A DNA stretch of 64,000 nucleotides from Macrostomum hystrix. Lineage: Eukaryota; Animalia; Platyhelminthes. The notes under the pieces were generated by a model that was not told the DNA's origin, ran no database searches, and saw only the letters and a list, made by a program, of their open reading frames with translations. Positions 1 through 13,536 of this stretch are shown in pieces (position 1 is the stretch's first letter; the number at the start of each line of letters is the position of its first letter). Position numbers and translations under genes: made by a program. The stretch is taken from the NCBI GenBank assembly GCA_950097015.1, contig CATNEN010000025.1, positions 4,402,001-4,466,000 of the forward strand, written 5' to 3'.

Positions 1-1013
1 TAGAGCTAGTTAAATCAATTCGAGCGTTTGTGGTACCTGCTTAGATTTATTAGTTAATACCATTCTGTGCTTGATTCTTTCTTTGAGATTCTTTCAGATT
101 TTTTAAATAACTGTGAATATTTTTTAGTTATTTACCATCTTTTAGAGACTAATTTTTTTATAAATTTTCGAATGATTAAGAAAATTAATTTCAAATATAT
201 ATGCATAAAATTTCTGTCCCTTATTAATTTTTAGTTCCATGAATGACCTTGTGAGTTTTAATTAGCATTTCGGCGTCACTGTCAAGATTTTAAGTGCCGA
301 ATATCAATATTATCATTGAAATGAATAGTCTATGGGCTCTGATTAAACAAACCGATAGTGGGTGCAGGTAGTATCTGTTGTGTTGTCATTCGAGTTTCGA
401 CGTCAACGTTGTTTTCCCTAATCAATCTAGCTCAGACAATTTATTCTCAGTCTCAGATCTGTTCCAAGTAAGTTAGTCGTTCGCACCCAGGCTCTGAAGC
501 GCACCCTTGGGCGCTGCGTTTTGTTACCTGAGAGCGTATACATTGTTGGTGCTGTTGTGTTGAATCTAAGTCGATTTGTTCAATTTAAGAGCTGTATCTT
601 CGTAACATTTTAACGGTGCTTTTTCCCCAATCAAAGGTAGGTAGGCTTTCTTTTTTTTCATAGCAAAGGAGCAAAGAAATATGTTACTGTAAAATATAAG
701 AACTACCGTTACATGAAGGGCTGCGGTGAGACCACATACATTAATGGTGTAGCAATGAAGAGACGGCTTCGAAGCTTTTCGTGCAGTTTACATCCGTAAG
801 GGCCAGGCCTCAAGGCACAGGGAGAGTATACACTGCCTGGCGATTAGAAAGTATATGTTCACATGCAGTGTGCCTGCTGCGTGCAATTGCATGTTACACG
901 TGCAGTTAGTTGCTTTCGGCTTAGTGAAGTGGGGCCAGAATTGCAACTTTGCTTGCAAGTAGTGGCAGCTTAAGTCACAGCAGTCTGGGGAGCTAACATT
1001 GTTTGCCTTTCAG

Positions 1014-1200
1014 ATGCTAAGCAACAACTGACAAACCTTTGCGTTGGCAAAGCTGGTGGCTTGGATTCTCTCAAGTGGCGTCTTGGCGGCTACGCCTGTG
1101 GCTTCCGCATCGAGCAGCTCGAGTGCGCCCTAGTTCAGCGGCTTCTACAGCGTAGCCGTCAGCGTCCACCTCTGATCGTCTCGTATATCAGGATCTGGTA
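1014..1200 (+). other. Possible orphan exon (62 open codons after a splice acceptor), product unknown
   Basis: ttgcctttcag acceptor at ~1003-1013, then a GC/CpG-rich open frame (AKQQLTNLCVGKAGGLDSLKWRLGG...SYIRIW*). No recognisable motif. Confidence 0.2.
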
Positions 1201-2562
1201 ATCAGGATGCTTATTAAAAATATTGCTTTACATTTTCCCATCCCAAATTCGTATTTATATAGTGACCTAAGAAAAGGTCACGCCCTTTTAAGTCTTTTAA
1301 TACAGTGAATCGCATGGCATATCAAGTTTTCTTTCGACACAGAATACTCTGAACTATATAAAAAGGGCATTCAAAACTGCTTGTCATGTAGATATGATAG
1401 CCCGGGTCATTGAGTTATCGAAAACAATTCTCACTATTATGCAAGTTGGAACCTGCAATTTTTGCCTTTATCGCGCTTTATCAGAAAGTAGATTTTGCTT
1501 TACACTTCGTGCCCAGGCTCTGGAGCGTACCATATGACGCTGCCTTTTTATATCTTGACAGTGTAGTATATAGTTGTTATATGAGTGGCTCTGTCAGAGT
1601 TTATATAGGTTCAGATCAAGGACAATTTACTCCTTGTGCATAGTGCATCTCTCAGAGAAGTCGGTAGATTTGATTCTCAGCCCAAGGGATGCTGTTTGTG
1701 ACTTTCCCTAATGATGCACTTAACCTAGCTACAAAATGGCTTCATGCAGTATCTGGGGTAGAAACTTAGATTGTTTTGGGGAGGCCGCTTAAATTTGTTC
1801 GATGCATAGGAAATTAAGCATTTCTCTTCGCGTCTCAATTTGGTCTTTGTTGCATTAAATTAGTGAGATCTTTGCCCTTGGCTGTTTCCGAAACTTTCAT
1901 TATTACAATCGTTGACTCAATCTCTTGAACTGTATTTTTTAGCTTCATAGGGATTACTGAATATTTTAAATTCCAACAAAAATTTAGTCCAGAACCGCGG
2001 TATCGATTAACTAATAATTGCATGTTAATTTTTATACTAATTAAAAGTTACTGAACTTAAGTAGTTCCCTGACCGGTAAATTATGAATCACGTGTGAAAG
2101 TTCAGATTAAAAAGTTCTGAATGATTATTTTGGTTATTGTGTTACTATCTTAAGGTCTAACGAGCTCAAAATATCGTCGCTAATACTTAATATTTTTATT
2201 CTTATTTACTTTTATATTTGAAGAAATGTACCATCGCATTTATACCTTGTGTTTAAATGTATCCTGTAGTAAAGCGCAACTAAACTTTGTTATACCCGTT
2301 CACATTTAAATTTCGAAGGTCTTGCACAACCTGGCCGCCTTGTTTAAGAATATAACGACGACGACGATTACAAATTCAAAGTTTGATTAGAGGCTCGGCT
2401 TAAATCCCAAATCTTAAGTGTTTTATCATGATGATTATTTCAAGACTTGCAGGTTTGTCAGAATGAATTCGTTAAGATGACCAGTTTAAACTATTTGTGC
2501 TAAGCCTTGCCTAGGCTAGAGTTGATGGAAACTATAGTTTATATTGTTCATTAAGCTAATTA

Positions 2563-3251
2563 TGGAAGTGCTTATTCCCACGGTCCCGTGTCGATAATTT
2601 CAATTTTATCCACACGGATCCGTGCCGATAATTTTCTGCTTATCCACACGGCAGCTTGTATGAATAGGTCTAAAACTCTTTATATAAATATGCCGTGCCA
2701 TTAATTTCAATTTTATCCACACGGTTCCATTCTTTAAAACGAGGCCCTTTCGGGTTTGAACGTTTTGTTGAACCCTCGAGCCAATAGATCGACAAAGTTG
2801 ACAGTGTGTTACGACTTACGACAGTGTTCTACATTCAACCTACACATTCATTAACCGACATTAATGTCATCCTTTTTGATTATTGTAATAACAACTTACT
2901 AAATCTTTTGTCATCGTTACGTGTTTTCATTCGAATTGTATTGACTTAAAAAAGTAAGAAGTCTATCTAAGAAAATCATACGAGTCAACCAGCAGAATTC
3001 TAGTCAGCACAGCACCAAACTCGTCACACATATTATAAATCATTTTTATTCTTTTACACTATGCATTGATAGTGTACACTATACACTATACTCTGAAGCA
3101 AAAGCTTTATGCTCAGAGAAGAATAGGTAGGGACTTGAAAGTAGACCTATTCATACAAGCTGCCGTGTGGATAAGCAGAAAATTATCGGCACGGATCCGT
3201 GTGGATAAAATTGAAATTATCGGCACGGGACCGTGGGAATAAGCTCTGCCA
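2563..3251. mobile_element. Intact MITE (non-autonomous DNA transposon), ~110-bp terminal inverted repeats
   Basis: 2563-2672 (tggaagtgcttattcccacggtcccgtg...tgaataggtcta) is the near-perfect reverse complement of 3142-3251. ATTA flanks both ends (possible 4-bp TSD). The interior is AT-rich and non-coding, and the TIRs contain TTATCCACACGG subrepeats. Confidence 0.85.
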
Positions 3252-3567
3252 ATTATTATTGCTTTTTATATTGTTGCCACTATTTTCTTCTTAAAAATCT
3301 GGCATGTGCACTATTGTTTTATAGTTATCCTCCAGTGTTGATAAATAGCTAATTTGTGAACATTGCTTGACATAGCCATTGACATAATTATAATAATAGA
3401 TTGAATACTCAAAGCATCTAGGCCTTTTTCGACCTAGGTTATTTAGCGAAAAATGACAGTGAATACTTGCTAGCTAAAATAATAGAATACTAAGTGTTTA
3501 TCACAATATCACTTAAACTAAAATGTATGATTAGTTAAGATAAAATACAAGTAGAGTGATTAAAAAA

Positions 3568-4185
3568 TGGCAGAGCTTATTCCCTTGGTCCTGTGCCAAT
3601 AACTTCAATTTTATCCACACGGATCCATGCCAATAATTTTCTGCTTATCCACATGGCAGCTTGTATGAATAGGTCTACAACTCTTTATATATGCAGTGCC
3701 GTTAATTTCAATTTTATCCACATGGAGCCATGCTGATAATTTTCTGTTTATCCACATGGCAGCTTGTATGAATAGGTCTAAAACTCTTTGTATAAATATG
3801 TCGTGCCATTAATTTCAATTTTATCCACATGGTTCTGTTCTTGAAATAAGGCCCTTTTGGGTTTGAATGTTTTGTTGAACCCTCAAGCCAATGATTAACA
3901 AAGTTGCTAGTGTGTTACGACGGTGTTCTACATTTTAACCTACACATTCATTAACCAACATTGATGTCATCCTTTTTATTTATTATATAACAACTTACTA
4001 AATCTTTTGTCATTGTTATGTGTTTTCATTTGAATTGTTATGGTGTAAAAAAGTAAGAAGTCTATCAAAGAAAATCATATGAGTCAACCAGCAGAATTCT
4101 AGTCAGCACAAAACTCATCACACATATTATACATCATTGTTATTATTTTACACTATACATTGATACTGTACACTATACACTATAG
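3568..4185. mobile_element. Second, degenerate copy of the same MITE (no right TIR, extra copy of the left-TIR subrepeat)
   Basis: Colinear with 2563-3095. Most differences are CG->TG/CA. A duplicated TIR block lies at ~3700-3790. Confidence 0.85.
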
Positions 4186-5242
4186 TTTTTAAACAGTGCT
4201 TTAAATTCTGCATAGTCCACAGTATAATAAGGTTTGTTAAATAGGAGAGAAGAGAAGAGATGCCTGCCAAACAGTAAAGCTCACATGAGCTCATTTATGT
4301 GAGTGAGCTCACATCCCAGAGCATGGTCCTAGGGACCAGTGCAGAGTTTAAGACTTGTATTGATTTCACAGCAGAAAGTAACATTTTATAATTGAATGTT
4401 TCACAAGGCCAAGATTGCAAAGCCAGGACCTTCTATTCCATATATATTGTATTTTAGTCTCTTTCAATCCTATGCAGTACTTTTGCATTTATATTGAAAT
4501 CCATTAGAATTGGTATTGGAATGTTTACAGCCTTGGTAGCTTATTGAAATTGGCCACTACACTAATTGTCCCCTAGTCCAGAAAGTGGCCTTTTCACTGA
4601 ACTAGTTTGGCATACATTTGGGTTTTCAATGTACCTGGACACTTTGTCATCTTACAACATTTTCGTCAACCAGATGACGATCTGTCCAATATCTCAGAGG
4701 GTGGGTGACAAAGTGACTTAGACTTGTGGACATTTTGTCATATATAAAACAAAAATTTTTAAAGTTAGAACAGAACCACCCCTCCCCACATCATGTTGGC
4801 ACCTATCCTTCAACTCTTATAATGAGATCAGTTTTGACACCTCTTTTTTACAATTTAGAGTATGAAGTGTGTTCATGTCTCTGCCCCATTACCCCACCCT
4901 CACTTTATTCTAAACAAAGCAAGCACAAAAGCATATCTATATCTATAACCCACCTTAATATCCCATCTATATGCCATGATCTTAGACTTAATTAGACTTA
5001 AAATAAAATATAGACCTAATAGCAATAAGAATTATTACCTTTTTAACATTAAAGAGCCCAAGAACATAGAAAAGTGAAAAGTGTGTAATATATAGGAATT
5101 AAAATATTAGGTCTCATGTTAGTTATTTTCTCTTAAAATGTAAGTCAGTTGATAAAGACAGACATCAAGAGTCATTCATGTATAAGGAGGAATAATTATT
5201 GTTAATCATAGGGGCATTATCATAATTAAAAGATATAAGTAC

Positions 5243-6080
5243 AAAAAGTTAGTTCTCGGCCACATTCATTTATTTTATGTTAGGGAAACATGTTAAGAAC
5301 AACTGATTGGAAAAGTTATATATATATATATAAACTATGGTTTTATAGCACAACCTTGATAGCACAAGTGATGAATTTAGCAAATATGTATTTAGTGTAG
5401 TTATATTATTTAGTGATAGATGGAATGTTGGACTTTCAGTGTTTCCAAACCCTATTGGAATAAATATCAAAAACTTGTAGAGGCAGGCCTGTGGTGTCAA
5501 AAATGTGGCTCAAAAGTGTGACTGGACACGCCGTGCCATGGTGCAATGCCCTGGCGATGCCTTGCAATGCAACGCCACATCAAATAAGTCCAAAAATGCG
5601 ATGGACAGTTAGACGCAATTTGTCAACTTATTCCAATAGGGTTTCCAAACTAAGCCTGAATAAAAAAAACTGAACAAAACAGTTTGAATATATGTGTATA
5701 TTTTTTTTCAATCAAAATATAAATATGAAAAGTTAGTTCTAGGCCAAATTTGTATATTTTATGTTAGGGAAATATGTTAAGAAAATGATTACTAAAAGTT
5801 ATAATGATTACTATAACCATTAGTAAAACTATGTTTATATAGCACAACCTTGATAATGTGATGAATTTATTGATTTATGGATTTTCAGTGTTTCCAAACT
5901 AAGTATGAATTAAAAATATATACAAATTATTTGTACAAATAGCTATGTAAGTAAACATAATTAAAATATAATTACAAAAAGTTAGTTCTGGGCCACATTT
6001 GTATATTTTATGTTAGGGAAATATATATATATATATATATAAACTATGGTTATATAGCACAACTTTGATAAAGTTATACA
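5243..6080. repeat. Three diverged copies of an AT-rich unit (aaaagttagttct(c/a/g)ggcca...tatagcacaacc/tttgata)
   Basis: The same motif string starts at ~5243, ~5727 and ~5977. Confidence 0.7.
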
Positions 6081-7408
6081 TTTAGTGATGGCACTATGGA
6101 AGTCAGGTTGTCAGGCCAGTGCTCAGCATTAGCAAAAATTAAAAGCAAAAAAGTTAGTGTATGTGAAAGATCATATAGCAATGGTGTTTTTTAGGCATCC
6201 TCAATTTGAGAGCTTGTTTAATAGAGTTTGTGCCGTCTGCTGCAATGTTTTTTTGACATTGTAATACTTCTTATGAAATTCTGTGTGACACTGATGTAAA
6301 TAAGGGTTTGTAAAACAACCCCAAGGTTAATAGCATTTTCGACTTGCTTCTTAAGTTTGCAAATTGCTACAGAGAGTTCTTATTTCATTTTCAGTAGGTT
6401 TCGATTTAAGAATAAGTATGTACCATCTATGATTTCCTAGTTTTTGTTATTTTTGCTAGATACTACTATCTTAGCATTATTGGATAGTAAACCAATGTGC
6501 ATATCTGGCTGATTTCTTTTGGCACACAATTCTTAGATAAGCGAATGAATGAGTGACAAATAAACTAAACGAGAGCATGGAGTGGCAAAACTTCTCATTC
6601 GACGACAGTAGCATTCCATGTCTAGTCCTATCTCTAGCCATTTTCCTATTCACTCACCGCTTTCTCTTACCCAATCCCTCATGGCTGCAGCAGCTCCTTC
6701 CTCGTCACTCTCGTTCGTTCTCTTTCTATCCTCGTGTTCCATTTCATCCTCCCTGGTTTTCATCATCCCCTCCCCCTCCCAGTTCCCTCTTAGTCTCAAC
6801 CGTCTGGCTGGGAAGAGAAGTGCTGAAAAAGAAAGGCGTGAGTTGGTGGTTTAGCCAGAGAAGAAAGTATAAGAAAAGGATAAAGCCTCGCTTATGGCGC
6901 CTTCACCGAGCGTCTAGATCAGAGTCGAATTAGACAGTTTAGAAGTGCAGAAAAGGCTTTTTTAACAGCTTTATCACGGGTAAATACCAAGTTTAATTAG
7001 TATTATAATTATATATAAATTTCTTTTTCTTGCACAACATGGCATGCAGCATTAATTAAATCATTTGATTGCAGCGGACTAGAACAGCAGCTTCGCATCG
7101 CAGACCGGCTGGGGTGGACGGCGGACCTACTGTTGTCCAGTTTGTCGTCGCCTGCTATCAGCCATCATATATAATTGGCTTCAAGGCTGCATAGCCCTTC
7201 CCGGCGCTCCAGTGACTGCTCCTTGCTAGGCGGCTATTTGGATTAATCGATGGCTATTTTCTTCTGAAATATTTGTGCTAAAGTTTGACTTAATCTAGCA
7301 GCCTCTTCATTTATCTTCATTTATTAAGAAGCATTTATTTACAACAATATTTCTAAATCGGAGCAGTATTGCCAGCTTAGTAGCATCTAATCAGTTGGCT
7401 GCTCAGAC

Positions 7409-8514
7409 ATGGCCGCAGTGGCCGCTTGGCTGCCGTTCGCCAGGGCAGCGGCAATCGGCTGGGTGCCGGTGGCCCAGGGCCCGATGCCGCCGCCTCCGCT
7501 GCGCGGCGAGGATCACAAATCTGACGAGAAGCTTGTTATCAGCGTCTCCGGGCGCAAGTTTGTCACCTGGCGCAACACGCTGGAAAAGTACCCGGACACC
7601 CTGCTTGGCAGCGACGAGAAAGAGTACTTTTACGATGAGGACAGCAAGCAGTACTTCTTCGACAGAGATCCGGACCTGTTTCGCCACATCCTGGCCTACT
7701 ACCGCACCGGCCGGCTGCACTATCCCAAGAATGAGTGCATCACAGCCTACGATGAGGAGCTGGCCTTTTTTGGGATCATGCCAGACATCATGGGCGACTG
7801 CTGCTACGAGGACTACAGAGACCGCAAGCGGGAGAACAACGAGCGGCTATTCGACGACAAAGACTCGGACGCGGAGAACGCCATGCCGCATAGTACACTG
7901 AGGGAGAAGCTCTGGCGAGCATTCGAGAACCCGCAATCCTCAACTGTAGCCCTAGTAGTTTACTACGTGACTGGTTTCTTCATTGCCGTGTCAGTTCTAG
8001 CCAACGTGTTCGAGACGGTTCCCTGTGGCGTTGAGCCGGGCACAAACTTAAACCCAGCATGCGGAGAGCGGTTCTCTGACGCCTTCTTCTGCCTGGACAC
8101 GGCCTGTGTGCTCATTTTCACCGTCGAGTACGTCGCCAGACTGTACGCTGCTCCGCAACGCATCAAGCATGTACGCGCGGTGATGAGCGTGATTGACATT
8201 GTGGCCATCCTGCCCTACTATATTGGACTATTCATGCCAGACAACAAGGACCTCAGCGGAGCCTTCGTCACGCTGAGGGTTTTTCGAGTGTTTCGTATCT
8301 TTAAGTTTTCCAGGCACTCCATGGGATTAAGGATCCTGGGCTACACACTGAAGTCCTGCGCATCGGAGCTGGGATTCCTATTGTTCTCTATGACAATGGC
8401 TGTCATCATATTCGCTACCGTTATGTACTATGCCGAAAAGAACCAACCCAAAACTGGATTTGTGTCCATTCCGGCTGCTTTCTGGTACACCATCGTAACC
8501 ATGACGACACTTGG
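7409..8514 (+). CDS. Shal: Shal/Kv4 voltage-gated K+ channel, coding exon 1 (N-terminal KChIP-binding helix, T1 domain, S1-S5, start of pore)
   Basis: [15 protein letters not shown]-terminus, T1 ([14 protein letters not shown]), S4 ([15 protein letters not shown]), pore [12 protein letters not shown]. Donor GG|GTGAGT is phase 2. Confidence 0.97.
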
Positions 8515-11500
8515 GTGAGTTTTTGTTTGCTAACTTATTATTTCGGTCGAAACATGTTTTTCGTTGTACAGTTTGTTTTTGAATTGCACGTATAAGGCTA
8601 TTTAAAATAGTTCGTGTTTGACTCTTAGCCAAAGGTTCTTAGATTTATCAGTGCAAATTAATGTGAATGCATGCATTGATAATTCACGAGTCAAGCTCTT
8701 TGCAAAATAAGAGTGCCTCTTGCACCGGCTAAGAAAGTTTTATGTGCGCGTTGCCTAGAATTCTAAATACGACTGTATCTAGCCTGAGATTTTTAAGTCA
8801 CTTTTTGCTTCCCCTATGTGTGTGACTGCGCTTTCTAGTTTTTTGCGCTTCATTTGTGTTCCAAAAACTTTTCACTTTCCAGAATTTCTTAGTCAGCTTC
8901 TGTTATTATTATTATAGAATCCACTTACGCACACCTCTTCATTCTCACCATCTGTCCCGTTAAGTATCTAGTCGATAAGCGCGTGGATGAAGGGCTTAGA
9001 AATTTAATGGGTTGATCCATCCCATCCCAGTTTCTGTTTTTTCTTTACTCACCCTTTCTTACCCTCTTCCCGCCACTCGTGTGGCTTCCCATTTTTCAAC
9101 ACCTGGCAAACTGGTGAACGATCGAATGGGAGTTTCCTCCTATTGTTCCAGTACGCATTTCCATTCTAAACAGATTTTATTCATATAGCTGCACCGACTA
9201 CATACTTAAATGAATTGATGAGATTAGCGACGAAACTAAGCATTATTTTTAATCGAAAGTCTTGGACAGTGTCCTATAAGGGCAGTGCCAAAATATTTCC
9301 CTAATCAAAATTGTGTTAAGAAAACGGGCTGAAATTTTGCTAGTTTCACTATAGGCTTTATAAGTGTGTTTGGTTAGGCTGTTAGTTTTTCCGTTCCCTT
9401 GCTGACAAGGTGTGGATTTGTCACTTTAGTCCCACGACCTCAGCGCATGTTAAGCATGATTTTCTATTGCGAGTTATAGAGAATTTTAGGATTAAAGTAC
9501 ATTGTTTTTTCTCGCTGATTGCCGCTCCCTGTGATACATTTGTTATCTGCATTGGAAAAAATAGTGCAAATGCTTTTATAATGCACTCACATGCAAACTA
9601 TAAGTCATAGATAGATTGACATCTTTAGGGAATAAAACTAACCCACTTGGCTGTAGACTGCATCAGCTATTAATGCTTGCTACTACCAATGAAAAAAGTA
9701 GTTTTTTTTATTCGTCCGTGACGTTGTTTGTACCTTTTATATGCTCATATGCCTAGTGAACTTCTATAAAGTTAAGCATATAGCCTTGGCATGTGTCAGA
9801 AAGCGCCTATTTTTTGTCCCACTGTCACTTTCTCACGGCCGCCTAAAAGAGATTAACAGTGCCCAGACATCCCTGGACTAGCTGAGCATGGAACAATGCA
9901 AATGTGGAAGGAATTTTTCTAACCTGAACTGTACAATTGCGAATGAATTCCCAGTCTGGCCGGATTGATTTGGCAGTCCGAATTATTTACAAGATGTCCC
10001 GGTCTTGTGCAGAATAAATTGTGCTGCCACACACACGACACACACGCTCCCTCCCTCTCTCCCCAAAATCCCCATCTGATCTACCTTGTGCCGGTAACTA
10101 AGCGGGGCAAATGATCAGATGAGTGTTGCGTCGTCATTCATGAGCTCCCCCCAGGACGACTAGGGAAGAATTGATGCAAATTAAATAAAGATAGAAAAAG
10201 ACTGCACTAAACAGAGCATGTCACGGTTCGGTGCGCATTCAATCAGTGTCACCAACTCTTAATTAATGCTCCACTACCTTCCTGTGGAGTAGCCGAGCGA
10301 CACGGATAGGTCTAGTTCTGCTTTGTCGTGTAGCAAATTATGAAGAGATTCATCAAGTTTTTGAAACATCGCCATTTATTGGCTACAGTGGTCCTGTGCT
10401 TTCCAATTAACCTCCATAATTTCCTTTCTGAACTTTCATTGTGTTGTGAGTGAAATTTTCGACTTGTCTGTTATTGTGTTCCTGTTCTAGTCGGAGCGGG
10501 TTAGACTTCGATACTTTTGATGGGCCACACAGCTTTCTCATGATTAGTTGGTTAGCTTTTTCACTTATTTTCATTTTAACATCTGCTTCACCTTATCGCT
10601 ACACTGGATCGCTTCTCTTTAATTAAAATCAGATTTAGTAACAATCATGCCAAATTCTAGAGCCTGTCATCTTCATTTCAGTTATTTTATGTGATTTAGA
10701 TTCGGCTGATCAAATTCAGACCGTCTGCTGTGCGTAAATTTTCACTTAGTCAGCGATCCTATTAGATGATAATTTTAGCAGTCTTGTGAGAAAGATAACT
10801 ATTTCTTAAGAACTGACCCCCAACGGACTCGGCATGGACTCTACTGGCATGTCACACGAGAGGGGGCCTGTAATTTGCATGTTCGACACTTCGTTGCAGA
10901 CAGCGTGAACGAAAACGCATCCCGACGTGGCTAGTACAGAAAAAGGCTATTTGGATTCTTTCCCCTTTTTTAATGATTCGCTGGCGTCATTGCTTAGCCA
11001 CATGCCTAATATTGGCTTCCGCGTTTGACATGCTAAATTTAATATGTTGAATTAGTGTGGGGTGGAGGCCGCACTAATGATGAAGCTAAAATATGCGGTT
11101 TGTCATTTTTTCATCATCGGTTCTCTTAAGAGAGGTTTTAGCTCTGATCAACGTAGCTCATTGCCTGCTTGTCCTGGCTATGACTATAAGCCATTTAAGA
11201 GAATAATTCTGAAATGTGCTGGAATATGTACGATTAGCTACGCTTGTATTGCGCATCTCTGTATATAATTGCAGTCTGGCTACTGTTTTAGTTTTGTATG
11301 GATTAATTTCACATGCCTTTCCCCACTAGACTCTTATTTTCGCCTCCTCAATCGTCCTTTTACTGACACTTCGATGACTGCTCAGCATATGCGGCAGTTT
11401 CGAACTTGTGCTGCTGCTGCTTCTGCTGACGCCGCCGAAATCTGCTTTAGATTGACCCTGCCAACACTGGCCTGGACTGCGCCGCATCGATTTATCGGGA

Positions 11501-13149
11501 ATCAAAACGCTTCCCTAATCTCTCTCATTTCTTCCTGCTATACCCCCGGGGCTCCTATTGCTGGCGGCCACACTTAGCCATTCCCTGACCGGCTCCACTA
11601 GCTTTCTTCATCTTTTCTCATCCTTATACCATTTTCTTGGCTCTGTGCTCTAGGCCTTCTTTCTCTATCTGTTTCTGTCTTCTCGCTGTCTTGCGCTGTT
11701 TGAGAGCCTGGCCTTGCTTGAAATAGGAGCTGAGCAGGGTAGATAGAAGCTTGCTTGCGTTTGAAATGATAAATCAGTTGGCTGCGGGTGTCTACCCCCT
11801 TCTGCCTCGATTCCCTCTGCAATCCATACCAGCTTGCTAGCTGCAGCTTCCACCGTTCCTCAGCTCAAGACAGACATTCCACCTCAGCTCCCGCCCCTAT
11901 GCCATCCAAAACAACTGCATCCCGTCCCCAATCTGAGCTCCTGACGCATTCTAGATCCCCTTCGTTTTATCCCGTCTGCTAGCATGCTGGGCTGTTTTTC
12001 TTTTCGCTTTCTTCCCCTCCGCCCTACCATTCCTGCAGCTGGTTTTCCGGGCGGCTTGCCCTGCTCTGGTCTCAGTTGCGGTTGCGGAAATCTGCTAGCG
12101 TAGAAAGCTTAGGAGAGACTCGATGCATGTCAGCGACAGAGGGTACAACAGAGTAGAAGAGAACTGATCACTTCGGATAGAAGCCTTGTCTGCGTCTAAG
12201 ATTGAGCAGTCTCGGGCTGGACATGATTGGAGGAGGGCTATTGCAGCTCCCAACAGATTTTTTTAAGGAATCCCTTAGTAAAGTGAAATCTACTTGTGCC
12301 GGCTTGATCGAAGTAAAATCAGATTTTAGACTCTAAACACAAGTCAGTTTGTTAAAATTCCACTGCTTTTAGCATCTATATTTTACTCGGGCCCATGCGG
12401 AATGTACTGCTATGTTAACATCTTTAAGACAATCTTCTCATTGAGCGTGCAGTGCGCACTGGGAATTTAATTCAGAAAGAGGAGAACCAATCCAAGTCGG
12501 GCTTGTGCACAGAAATGTCCGACAGGTTTTTTCTGCGCGCGAGCATGTTTCGCTGCATATTTGAAGCCCTAGGCGTTCATTAGGATCATTATTATTATTA
12601 TTCTTACCAGAACCCATGCGCCTTCTGGGACACACGCTAGTACTGCGTCTCCTATTCTTGCCTATTTACTTGCTCGCTTTGCCCATTCGCCCACGTTCAG
12701 CATGAATGCAATGTTTCTTTTGTCGCTGGTGTGTTTTGCCTTTGTATATACCCAGTATAGAATCTCCTCTAGACTTACACGCACCGGCTCTCCTCTGGGA
12801 TTAGTGGCGACTCTTCTATTTTGTACTCTTTAAAAATTACCCACTCCCGAAACATCCCCGACCTCTTTCTTTAAAGAAAGAATAAAATAAGATAATTATC
12901 TTAGTGCTCTTTTTATTCCCCCCAAAACCGAACTCAGATGCGAAAAGCCGCAACGTTGACTTCCTTTTATGTGCGCCGTCTGTCTTAAATTAGATTGAAC
13001 CACTTTTAAGAAAATGTGGTTTCTTTAGCAACTCGGGTAGCTTGAATTATCCTATCGTAATTTTCCTCCTAGAATGCTTAAGTCGGGAGTTTTCGTTCTA
13101 GGCTTTGAATCTCAGCCTAGAGGATTCCGTTTGCTTTAGTTCACGCTTT

Positions 13150-13305
13150 TGTGAAAATTGTCACCAGCATTTTGCTGGTGTAGAAATACAGTTGTACTCA
13201 GCCTTTGAAGGAGCGCTGCGTAATAGCTGCGGCAGTGCCAATGGCTGTACATCTGGCCCAGGGGGTAAATCTTTAGGGTGTCATTTCTTATATTATCTGT
13301 TCTTA
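13150..13305 (+). mobile_element. SINE-B 3' fragment
   Basis: gcagcc...gcgctgcgtaatagctgcggc...ggctgtacatctgg matches the 3' part of the 19608-19905 copy. Confidence 0.55.
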
Positions 13306-13373
13306 CTTAGTAATGTTTCAAAATAAAGTCATCGCAGTCAGATTTTATGCCTTTTTATGCTTCCTACCTGCAG

Positions 13374-13536
13374 CTACGGTGACATTGTGCCGTCCACAAT
13401 TATTGGTAAAATTGTCGGCGGCGTCTGCTCATTGTCCGGCGTCCTGGTCATCGCCCTGCCTGTGCCGGTCATTGTCTCGAATTTCTCGCGCATTTATCAC
13501 CAGAATCAGCGAGCGGACAAGCGCAAGGCTCAGAAG
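13374..13536 (+). CDS. Shal: Shal/Kv4 exon 2 (GYGD filter, S6, PVP motif)
   Basis: cctacctgcag|C TAC GGT GAC completes G-Y-G-D with exon 1. [35 protein letters not shown]. Donor AAG|GTAAAT. Confidence 0.96.

Noticed and set aside
2600-3850. Multiple TTATCCACA (bacterial DnaA-box consensus) motifs in AT-rich DNA, resembling an oriC
   Set aside because: They are subrepeats within the MITE terminal inverted repeats in eukaryotic DNA, more simply explained as transposase-binding sites.
6553-6933. ORFs upstream of Shal
   Set aside because: Low-complexity CT-rich sequence, likely promoter or 5' UTR; no motifs.
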